Source: an uncultured Gemmatimonadaceae bacterium (lineage in GTDB: Bacteria > Gemmatimonadota > Gemmatimonadetes > Gemmatimonadales > Gemmatimonadaceae). Taken from it: a stretch of DNA of 64,000 bases. This document shows, one piece after another, positions 55,923 to 64,000 of this stretch; the stretch's first letter is position 1, and every line of letters starts with the position of its first letter. The position numbers and the translations under genes are program-made. The stretch covers positions 128,001-192,000 of the forward strand of contig CAWHHI010000004.1 in NCBI GenBank assembly GCA_963829055.1, in the 5' to 3' direction. The notes below the pieces were generated by a model. That model was not told the origin of the DNA. It was given only the letters and a program-made list of their open reading frames with translations, and did no database searches.

Positions 55923-58451
55923 CCGTCCTCACGTTTCTCCTGCTGAGCCAGGCTGTTCCACAGCAACAGCCGTTGACAGAGGGCCGGCGTACGACGCCGC
56001 CCGTGCTCTCCATTCCGGATCCGTGGCTCGACGACAGCGCGGTGTACCAGGGGTACCAGACGCGCTTCTTTCGTGACTCGAAGCGGAACACCGTTCAGAT
56101 CTACCTCGATGGGCGGAGCGGACGAGCCGTTCAGCTCTGGGCCGACGCGGCGGACGAAAGCCTGGGATTCACCGCCCGTGATGCCAACGGTCGGCCGGCT
56201 CCGCTGGCGTGGGGTTCCGACAGCGCCATGGTCTCCGATTCGGGTGGCGTTCGTGCGATCGAGTATCGCCTAACGGCAGCGACGCCGCAGCTTCGGGTCG
56301 GGTGGCTGCTGCTCGGATCGATGCGCGTCGAGCGCGATTTCCAGTACGCGCGCCATCACCTCGAGCCGTTCGACGCGACACCCTTCCGCCAGCGCGAGCT
56401 GACTGCGCTCATCGAGAGCGTCACGGGACTCGAGCCCGCCGAGCGTCAGCGCCACCTCTCTCTCCTCCACGCGCGCAGCGTCGAGGAGCTTCGGTCCAGG
56501 CTCGATCCGGCGCTGACGATGGATCAATCCTCGGGACGTACCGTCATCCGTGCGGTGCAGCCGACGCTCGATGGCCGGAATCGCCTCGTGCTCGAGCTCA
56601 TCACCGACCCGCGCGAGGCGACGACGACGCTGGACGGACGCACGATCTCGATTCGCGCGCGCGTCGGCGGCACGGTCAGCCTAACGGTAAGAGCCAGCAC
56701 CGACGCCGGCCCGCTCACGCCCATTGATCGCGACGCGATCTTCAACCGTGAGTTCCTCGACTTCCTGACGCGCGCGCATGCGGCGAGCGACAGCGCGTTC
56801 CGGGCACGGGATTCAGCGGCGGCGGCAGACGACCACGCTCACCGCTGCCGATTCGGCCGTCATCACACGATATCTCCGGCTGGAGCGCGACGTGCGGGGC
56901 GTGGAGCTCCTCAGCGCTCGCGAGAAGCTCATGGCCGGCCTGCCGAACTACGCGACGTACTTCGGTCGCGACGGGATGATGACCGCGCTCATGATGCGCC
57001 CGGTCTGGACGCAGGCGATGACCGAGCACGAGATCGCCAGCGTGCTGCGCAAGCTTTCGCCGTCCGGAGAGGTCAGCCACGAAGAGGCACTCGGCGGTCA
57101 GGCCATCCGTGAGAATGCCGCCGAGTACAGTGCGTCGGTAGCCGAGTACGTGCGGCTTGCGCGTGGTGGACGGCGGCGAGAAGCCGACAGCGCTCTCGCC
57201 CGTGCGCGCGACGTGTTGCGAGATCTGCAGGCGGTCCGCGAGAACTACCGCATGATGGACGACGAGTTCCAGCTTCCTGTGCTCGCGGCGCGCTACTTCG
57301 GTGATGCGGAGGTCGCCCCGGATCGCAAGCGAGCGTTCCTGCGCGACACGTCGTCGCACGGCGCGTCGCATCTCGCACTGCTGTTGCGGGAGCTGAGCTA
57401 CGTCGCGACGCTCACCGCTCCCTACGCGCATGCGCCGACGGTCGAGCACCTCGTTGCCTTCCCGAAGCGAGACGCCACGCACTGGTTCCCCGGCAGTTGG
57501 CGCGACAGCAACGCGGGATACGCGAATGGGCGCTTCGCAATGGACATCAACGCCATCTGGGCGCCGAAAGCGCTCGAGTCCATGGCGATCATCCTTGGCA
57601 CGCTTCGGGCGTTAGGCATCACGGCGAGCGCCATCGACTCGATCGCGCCGGAGGTCGCGCGCACGCCGCTCGGCGAGTACGTGCGCGATTCCGCGACGCT
57701 CGCCAGGGCGGTCGAGACCTGGCGCGGCGCGCGGCGCCACTTCACCGTCACGCTCGCGCCGAGTGAGGTTCGGGCGCGGACGCATGCGAAGCTGCAGTGG
57801 CTGCCGGCCGATGAGCGGAGCTACTGGGAGAAGGTGCTGGCATCCACCGACGCGACGCGCGACTCGCTTCGTTTCCTCGCGCTCTCGCTCGACAGCGCCG
57901 GGAGCCCCATTCCCGTGGTCAACACCGATCCGGCGACGCGGTTGTTCCTCGAGGATCTTACCACGCAGGTAGCGAATGGCTCCTTGGCCGCCGATTCGGT
58001 GCTGCGGGACCTGGAGCCGTTCCTGCGTCCGTATCCCGTCGGATTGTTCGTCGCGCAACTCGGCCCCGTCGTAGCCAACGACGCGTACGCATCGCGTACG
58101 GTGTGGGAAACGTTCAGGACCGATCTCTATCACTCGCCGCGCGTCGTGTGGGGGCGGGAGGTCAACCTTTTCATTCTCGGGACCGCGAAGCAGATCGCCA
58201 GCGCATACGACGCGTCCGGCCGGCTCAGAGACCCGGCGCTGGCCCCGTACGTGCGTCAGTTGGACGACGCCCTTCGGCGCGTGACGGCCGCCGTGCGCTC
58301 CTCGGGGCTCGCGCATAACGAGCTGTGGAGCTACCGCGTGGACGCCGGACGGCTGGTCCCATCGCGGTACGGCGCCAGCACGGACGTGCAGCTCTGGAAC
58401 ACGACGGACCTCGCCGTTCAGTTCGTGCTGTCGCGACTCCCACATCCATAG
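55916..58451 (+). CDS. large secreted protein with putative six-hairpin glycosidase domain (frameshift near 56810)
   Basis: signal peptide; AGLPNYATYFGRDG, SHEE, GSWRDS, VQLW; lies inside the sugar operon. Confidence 0.7.
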
Positions 58452-58460
58452 CGGACCACG

Positions 58461-59543
58461 ATGGCAGGCGTTAGGCTCGCGCACGTCGACAAGCGGTACC
58501 CCAACGGCTTCGTCGCCGCGCGGGACCTCAGCCTGGAGATCGCCGACGGCGAGCTCCTCGTCCTCGTGGGTCCGTCGGGGAGCGGGAAGTCGACCGTGCT
58601 CCGTATGATCGCCGGACTGGAGGCGGTGACGGGCGGAACGATCCACATTGGCGACCAGGATGTCACCCGGCTCCCCCCACAGCGGCGCGACATTGCCATG
58701 GTCTTCCAGAGCTACGCGCTCTACCCGCACCTGACGGTCCGCGACAATCTCAGTTTCGGGTTGCGGATCCGGAAGCTGGCGGACGACGTGATCGTGCGGC
58801 GTGTGTCGACGGTGGCCGACTCCCTCGGTCTCACGCCGCTGCTCGACCGCAAGCCGGCGCAGCTCTCCGGCGGCCAGCGTCAGCGGGTCGCGCTCGGCCG
58901 CGCGATCGTCCGTGAGCCGCGCGCCTTTCTCCTCGACGAGCCGCTATCGAACCTCGACGCACGGCTGCGACTGGAAACGCGCGCCGAGCTGTCGCGGCTC
59001 CACCGCCGGCTCGGCGCGACGATGATCTACGTGACGCACGACCAGGTAGAGGCGATGACACTTGGCGAGCGTGTCGCGGTGCTGAAGGATGGTGCTCTTC
59101 AGCAGGTCGCGCCGCCGATGGAGCTGTACAAGCGGCCGGCGAATCAGTTCGTCGCCGGATTCATCGGAAGCCCGGGGATGAACTTCATCGAGGGGACGTT
59201 GCGACGCGACGGCGACGAGTGCGTATTCGCGTCGCCATCGTTGACGCTGCCGGTCCCCTGCGCGCCCACGGATGGAGACCGCGTGGTTCTCGGCGTGCGC
59301 CCCGAGCACATCACGCTCGGCGCCCCCGTGGCCGATGGCGGGGCACTGGCTCGTGGCACGGTGGCGCTCATCGAGCCGATCGGCGGGGAGCAGATCGTCT
59401 ACGTGACGCTCGCCGACGGCGCGAGACTCGTCGCGACAGCGCCGCCGGATGCGTCAGTCGCGGTCGACGAGAGCGTATCGCTCCGCATCGCGCCCGATCG
59501 GGTGCAGCTGTTCAGCGCGCGGGACGGGAGGCGGCTGGGGTGA
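58461..59543 (+). CDS. sugar ABC transporter ATP-binding protein (MalK/SugC-like)
   Basis: GPSGSGKST, VFQSYALYPH, LSGGQRQR, DEPLSNLDA, TOBE domain. Confidence 0.95.
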   Translation: MAGVRLAHVDKRYPNGFVAARDLSLEIADGELLVLVGPSGSGKSTVLRMIAGLEAVTGGTIHIGDQDVTRLPPQRRDIAMVFQSYALYPHLTVRDNLSFGLRIRKLADDVIVRRVSTVADSLGLTPLLDRKPAQLSGGQRQRVALGRAIVREPRAFLLDEPLSNLDARLRLETRAELSRLHRRLGATMIYVTHDQVEAMTLGERVAVLKDGALQQVAPPMELYKRPANQFVAGFIGSPGMNFIEGTLRRDGDECVFASPSLTLPVPCAPTDGDRVVLGVRPEHITLGAPVADGGALARGTVALIEPIGGEQIVYVTLADGARLVATAPPDASVAVDESVSLRIAPDRVQLFSARDGRRLG

Positions 59544-59585
59544 GCTGAATACCTAACGCGACGCGTCCCGGGCAATCGCGCGCGT

Positions 59586-60302
59586 TCAGATGGCTCCTGC
59601 CGATGCAGGACGCCAACGGATCAGGACGACGCCGAGAACGATCAGCCAGAGCGGCAGCAGGTAGTTGTTCACCTCGGCGATTGGCGAGACCACGGACGTG
59701 ACGTTCCGGAACGCCGCGGCCCAGCCGATCACGCCGACCACTATTCCTCCGATCGCGAACCATCGGCCTGTCGATGTCGATCGGAATGCCGCGGCGCCCA
59801 CGAGCACGAAGAACGTGTTCAGCGCGAGCTCGCCGAGGAACTCCCCGATGTAGTTGCCGAGGTAGACGTTCAGTCCGAGGAACACGGCGTCGATGGCTCC
59901 GCGCGCGTCGGTCGTCGCGGTCGCGTAGGCACGGGCGAGCTCCCAGTGCACGCTGGGCCAGCGCGCCAGCCCGAGCAGCATGCTCACCGCGGCGACGGTC
60001 GCGAATACGAGCGCAGCCCGCGTCGCGTTCGGCGCCACGCGCCCCAGGGCCGTGCGCGCCCCGATCGCCGCCGGAATCAGCAGCAGCGGGAGTAGCGCGT
60101 AGACAGCCCACACCGTGCGTCCCGCGTCGCCCAGCGCGAGGAGTCGCGGGAGCACTACGGCGGCACTGCCGTCCAGCACGTCGGGGTAGTCGAAGCGCGC
60201 GGCGAGATACCCGAAAACCGCCATGAAGCCTAACGCCGCAGCGATCAGCGACCATCCTCCGATGCGCGTGGCGGCGCGCGATGTTCCCGAGTCCGCGGTC
60301 AT
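59586..60302 (-). CDS. DUF4386-like membrane protein
   Basis: FDYPDVLD, LGLARW, GEFLGE; multiple TM helices. Confidence 0.7.
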   Translation of the reverse strand: MTADSGTSRAATRIGGWSLIAAALGFMAVFGYLAARFDYPDVLDGSAAVVLPRLLALGDAGRTVWAVYALLPLLLIPAAIGARTALGRVAPNATRAALVFATVAAVSMLLGLARWPSVHWELARAYATATTDARGAIDAVFLGLNVYLGNYIGEFLGELALNTFFVLVGAAAFRSTSTGRWFAIGGIVVGVIGWAAAFRNVTSVVSPIAEVNNYLLPLWLIVLGVVLIRWRPASAGAI

Positions 60303-60760
60303 CGGCCACCACCGAGCTTGAGGTCCATACCGACGGTCGGGTTCACGCGGACGTGGCCATCGGTCGTCGTCAGGACGCCCGCGCCAAGGCGACCACTCAG
60401 GGCGCGGTAAAGCGTTCCGCGAAACCCGAGCTCTGTGAGTGCACCGTGCTTCCAGTCCTTGTCGAGGCTGAACATGAGGGATGGCGAGACGTAGAGGGTC
60501 GCGCCTCGGTCCTTCGCGTAGAAGCTGCCGCCGAGACGGACGAAGTTTGCGCTATCACGCTTGCCATCCCGGCGGAGGACGGTGGGGTAGAAGCCCAGGT
60601 TGACGGCGGCGCGTCCGGATCGCACTTCCACGCCTGTTGACGGCGACCGGAAGATCGTGAGGTAGACCCCGCTCTCCCGCGGGTTCGAAGGCGTCTGTGA
60701 CGTCGCGACGTGCGGCGCGGCGATCAGTGCGAGGACGAGTGCGCCGAGGACGGTGTTCAT
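60299..60760 (-). CDS. hypothetical exported beta-rich protein
   Basis: GGAGAG RBS, signal peptide, beta-strand pattern; overlaps the next gene's start. Confidence 0.65.
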   Translation of the reverse strand: MNTVLGALVLALIAAPHVATSQTPSNPRESGVYLTIFRSPSTGVEVRSGRAAVNLGFYPTVLRRDGKRDSANFVRLGGSFYAKDRGATLYVSPSLMFSLDKDWKHGALTELGFRGTLYRALSGRLGAGVLTTTDGHVRVNPTVGMDLKLGGGR

Positions 60761-60862
60761 GTGAGACTCTCCGGACAGTGGGAACGGTGTGCTTCCTGGT
60801 TCTCCAACGCTATTCCCAATCGGGCTGGCGGACCGTGACCGTACGTGCCAACCTCTTGACCG

Positions 60863-61891
60863 ATGACGCCACGAGAAACGACCGTCGCCGCATTGGTGGT
60901 CGCCGACATGCTCCAATACCTGGCCCGGCGTGGCGTGAGCACCGACGCTGCGCTCAGCGTGGCCGGGATCGATTCGGCGTTCCCCGCGTCACCCGACGAG
61001 CGAGTGCCCGGGTCGCGAGTGGAGCGCCTGTGGAGCTTCGGCGTCGAGCAGACAGGCGACCCTCTGCTCGGCTTGCACATGGCCGAGACCTACAATCCGG
61101 GCGCGCTGGATATCCTCGGCTACGTCATCCTGAGCTGCCGGACGATTGGAGAAGTGCTCGAGAAGTTCGCTCGCTACGCGCGTCTGCTGAACGACGGCAT
61201 GCGTGTGGAGCTCGTCCGCGAAGGCAAGACAGCCTTTTGCCGATGCACGTACGTCGAAGGCGTCGACAACTATCTGCTCCGCGATCCGCAGCACGCGATA
61301 GGCGCGACCTGGGGCGGACTGGCGCGCGAGATGCGCCGACTCGCCCGGACGCCGTTAGGCGCCAAGGCAGTGTGGTTCCGACATGCCGCTCCGAGCCGCG
61401 CGCATGTCGCCGAGTACACGCGGGTGATGGGCGCACCAGTGAGGTTCGGGGCACCCGAAGACCGGTTCATCTTTCCGAGCGAGCACCTCGATCAACCGCT
61501 GCCGTCGGCGAATCCAGTGTTGCTCGAGGTGTTCGAGCGACATGCGCGAGCGGCGCTGCCGGCAGTCGGACCGGAGCAGTCCCGTGCGGACGAGGTGGCG
61601 CGCGTGTTGGCGCAGAAGCTCAAAGGGAGCGCGCCCGCACTCCACGAAGTCGCCCGCGAGTTGTCGATGAGCACCCGGAACCTGCAGCGCACGCTGCGCG
61701 ACGCGGGCACGTCGTATCAATCGCTGCTCGACGCGACTCGACGCGACCTGGCCATCCGCCACCTCGCGAATCCCGCGACGTCAACCGGCCAGGTCGGCTT
61801 CCTGCTCGGCTTCTCGGAACCGAGCGCGTTCCACCGCGCGTTCCGTCGGTGGACCGGCAAGCCACCGAGCGCCTTTCGACCTGCGCAGTAG
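60863..61891 (+). CDS. AraC-family transcriptional regulator
   Basis: N-terminal ligand domain (TGDPLLGL); MSTRNLQRTL, LGFSEPSAFHRAFRRWTG. Confidence 0.95.
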   Translation: MTPRETTVAALVVADMLQYLARRGVSTDAALSVAGIDSAFPASPDERVPGSRVERLWSFGVEQTGDPLLGLHMAETYNPGALDILGYVILSCRTIGEVLEKFARYARLLNDGMRVELVREGKTAFCRCTYVEGVDNYLLRDPQHAIGATWGGLAREMRRLARTPLGAKAVWFRHAAPSRAHVAEYTRVMGAPVRFGAPEDRFIFPSEHLDQPLPSANPVLLEVFERHARAALPAVGPEQSRADEVARVLAQKLKGSAPALHEVARELSMSTRNLQRTLRDAGTSYQSLLDATRRDLAIRHLANPATSTGQVGFLLGFSEPSAFHRAFRRWTGKPPSAFRPAQ

Positions 61892-61932
61892 CAAGGAGTA
61901 GCAATACGTTAGGCAGGATTGCCTGGCTCGAT

Positions 61933-62625
61933 CTAGTCAGGTGCCGGAGCGTGGTCGGGTGGGTCGAGCCGAAGCAACGGCACCGACTCATGCGATTGCT
62001 GCGCGAGCAGGTCGCTTACGAGCGATGCCCCACGCGGCGACACCCGCCGGGCGGCAACGAGACGCCGCGTGAACCACTTCCCGCGCTTCGTATCCAGCGC
62101 GTCGTAGCGTACGCTCCCGCCGCTGCTCGTGGCGTGAATGATCCGGCGACGCCCGGCGTAGATCGCTACGTGGCTGATGCGCCGTCCGGGCTCGGCGAAC
62201 ATGACCAGGTCGCCTGGTCGGAGCGCCGACCAGACAGCACGAAGCCGCTGGCCTGACGACGCTTGCTCGCGCGACGTGCGCGGGAGGCGCGTGCCGTGCC
62301 TGGCGAACACGTACTGCACGAATCCCGAGCAATCGAAGCCCGTCTTCGGCGACGTTCCGCCCCATCGATACGGCACACCGAGATACCGCTCCGCCGTCGG
62401 AAGCACGCGCGCGGCAGACCGCGCCGGAACTTTGGACGCCACGCGTTCCGCGGCGCGGATAGCCGTCAGGACCTTACGCGCGTCCCCGGTCACGTCGACA
62501 TGGACCGGGCCCGCCGCCAGCTGCGCGCGCGCGTCGGTGGCGCAGAGCACGACTGCGCACAGCGCGATGGCGGCCACCGGCTGACGCGGTGCCACATTGC
62601 GAATACCCACCAACTGCCACTGCAT
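61933..62625 (-). CDS. NlpC/P60 cell-wall peptidase
   Basis: GVPYRWGG, GFDCSGF, PGDLV, SHVAIY, IIHA. Confidence 0.95.
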   Translation of the reverse strand: MQWQLVGIRNVAPRQPVAAIALCAVVLCATDARAQLAAGPVHVDVTGDARKVLTAIRAAERVASKVPARSAARVLPTAERYLGVPYRWGGTSPKTGFDCSGFVQYVFARHGTRLPRTSREQASSGQRLRAVWSALRPGDLVMFAEPGRRISHVAIYAGRRRIIHATSSGGSVRYDALDTKRGKWFTRRLVAARRVSPRGASLVSDLLAQQSHESVPLLRLDPPDHAPAPD

Positions 62626-62928
62626 GAAACCTCACTGGAGAAACAGCTTGCGGAGGAACCACGCGGGCAAGATCGCGGCCGACGGCGGGTCGGCACGTAA
62701 CCGATTGAGAAAAGGCGTGTTCGGTGGTTATGAGCGGCGCACGGCCACGGCGAGTTGTACACTCGAGAGGACTCCAGGGCGTCCTCGGGGGAAGGCAGCC
62801 GCTACCATACGTGTGGCCCTTTCACCTAACGCGGAACCGATCGCAGGCGTGATGTTGCCACGCCCCCTTGAAAATCAGCGGCTCCGGTCGTTTGATGGAC
62901 GCGTGATCGACTTCTCATGGAGAATGGA

Positions 62929-64000
62929 ATGAGCACGCGTCGTCTGATGAAACACGCCGCGCTCGTCGCGGGAGTTCTTGCAATGTCACGAGTCCAGGCA
63001 CAATCGCCGGCGACCAAGCGGGCGCGTGAGGTCGTCGCCGTCATCAACGCGGCCACTCCGGCGTCGATTCGCGCGTTCGTCGACTCCGCGTTCGACGATC
63101 AGATGCGCGGCATGCCGATGCGTGCCCACATCGACTTCTTCATGAACCAGCGCGAGCAGTCCGGTGGCCTCGAGTGGGTCGACGTGCAGGACGAGAAGCC
63201 CGGTGAAACCACCGCGCTGCTCAAACGGAAGCTCACCGGCGATCTGATGGCCGTTGTGGTTCGCACGAATCCCGCCGCGCCGTATCGCATCGGGGGCATC
63301 GGGCAGCGCCCACCACGTCCCAAGGTCGCGCAGGCCGAACAGCGTATCACCACGGACGCCGAGCTCACCACCGCGCTCGGCGACTACGTCAACAGGCTCG
63401 CGAGAGCCGATCTGTTCTCGGGCACCGTTTTCCTCGCGAAGGACGGCAGGCGCCTCTACGGCATGGCGTTCGGCGAGGCGAACAAGGACTTCGGCGTGCC
63501 TAACGCGCTCGACACGAAGTTCAACCTCGGCTCGATGAACAAGATGTTCACGGCCGTCACGATCGGGCAGCTGGTCGAGCAGGGAAAGCTGTCGTACGAT
63601 GACCCGCTCTCGAAGTTCCTTCCCGACTTTCCGAGCGCTGACGCCGCGAAGAAGATCCGCATCAAGCACCTGCTCACGCACACGTCAGGGCTCGGCAGCT
63701 ACTTCAACGACGAGTTCGATCGTTCGTCGCGCGCGAGGTACCGCACGGTCGACGAGATGCTGACGCTCGCCAAGGGCGAGACGCTCGCGTTCGAGCCTGG
63801 TACGCGCTGGTCGTACAGCAACACCGGCATGCTCGTCCTCGGCAAGGTGATCGAGGTCGTCACGAAGCAAGACTACTTCGACTACGTCCGCGAGCACCTG
63901 TACAAACCCGCGGGGATGATGAGAACCGATGCCTATCAGCTCGACGAGGTGAACAAGAACCTCGCGGTTGGCTACCAGCCCGAGTTCGCCGAGGACGGAA
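62929..64000 (+). CDS. secreted serine hydrolase, beta-lactamase family (runs off the window end)
   Basis: manual translation MSTRRLMKHAALVAG...; SMNK, LLTHTSG, YSN motifs; absent from the ORF track because no stop is reached. Confidence 0.9.
   Translation, partial: MSTRRLMKHAALVAGVLAMSRVQAQSPATKRAREVVAVINAATPASIRAFVDSAFDDQMRGMPMRAHIDFFMNQREQSGGLEWVDVQDEKPGETTALLKRKLTGDLMAVVVRTNPAAPYRIGGIGQRPPRPKVAQAEQRITTDAELTTALGDYVNRLARADLFSGTVFLAKDGRRLYGMAFGEANKDFGVPNALDTKFNLGSMNKMFTAVTIGQLVEQGKLSYDDPLSKFLPDFPSADAAKKIRIKHLLTHTSGLGSYFNDEFDRSSRARYRTVDEMLTLAKGETLAFEPGTRWSYSNTGMLVLGKVIEVVTKQDYFDYVREHLYKPAGMMRTDAYQLDEVNKNLAVGYQPEFAEDG

Noticed and set aside
836..63505. GTTAGGC/GCCTAAC matches the integron attC core (GTTRRRY) and inverse core (RYYYAAC)
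   Set aside because: Copies lie mostly inside conserved genes, are not paired as 60-140 bp attC palindromes between cassettes, and no integrase is present.
836..63505. Heptamer as a KOPS/Chi-like polar signal or telomeric TTAGG repeat
   Set aside because: Roughly equal numbers on both strands, interspersed, and never tandem.

Overview
High-GC (roughly 68% by eye) bacterial chromosomal segment. The gene content (ADOP-type permease with PadR, TonB receptor, many secreted peptidases and hydrolases) suggests Gemmatimonadota or a similar soil lineage; this is inference. Many conserved genes are broken by 1-bp indels clustered in blocks, most likely uncorrected long-read errors. Content: an NHEJ cluster (ligD, ku, DUF72) next to a UvrD helicase carrying an inserted DEDDh exonuclease; a PaoABC/YagTSR-type molybdo-oxidoreductase whose 2Fe-2S subunit appears fused to a Cys-less redoxin; mgtE; a copper-handling cluster; a YtrA-type ABC operon plus an ABC permease-M1 peptidase fusion; and a TonB + ABC + GH65 alpha-glucoside locus. 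I found no rRNA, tRNA, CRISPR, integrase or transposase. The strongest unexplained signal is the 7-mer CGTTAGG/CCTAACG, with about 66 exact copies by hand count (about 1 per kb, both strands, written into genes via rare codons and stop codons). Two families of palindromic intergenic elements are also present.
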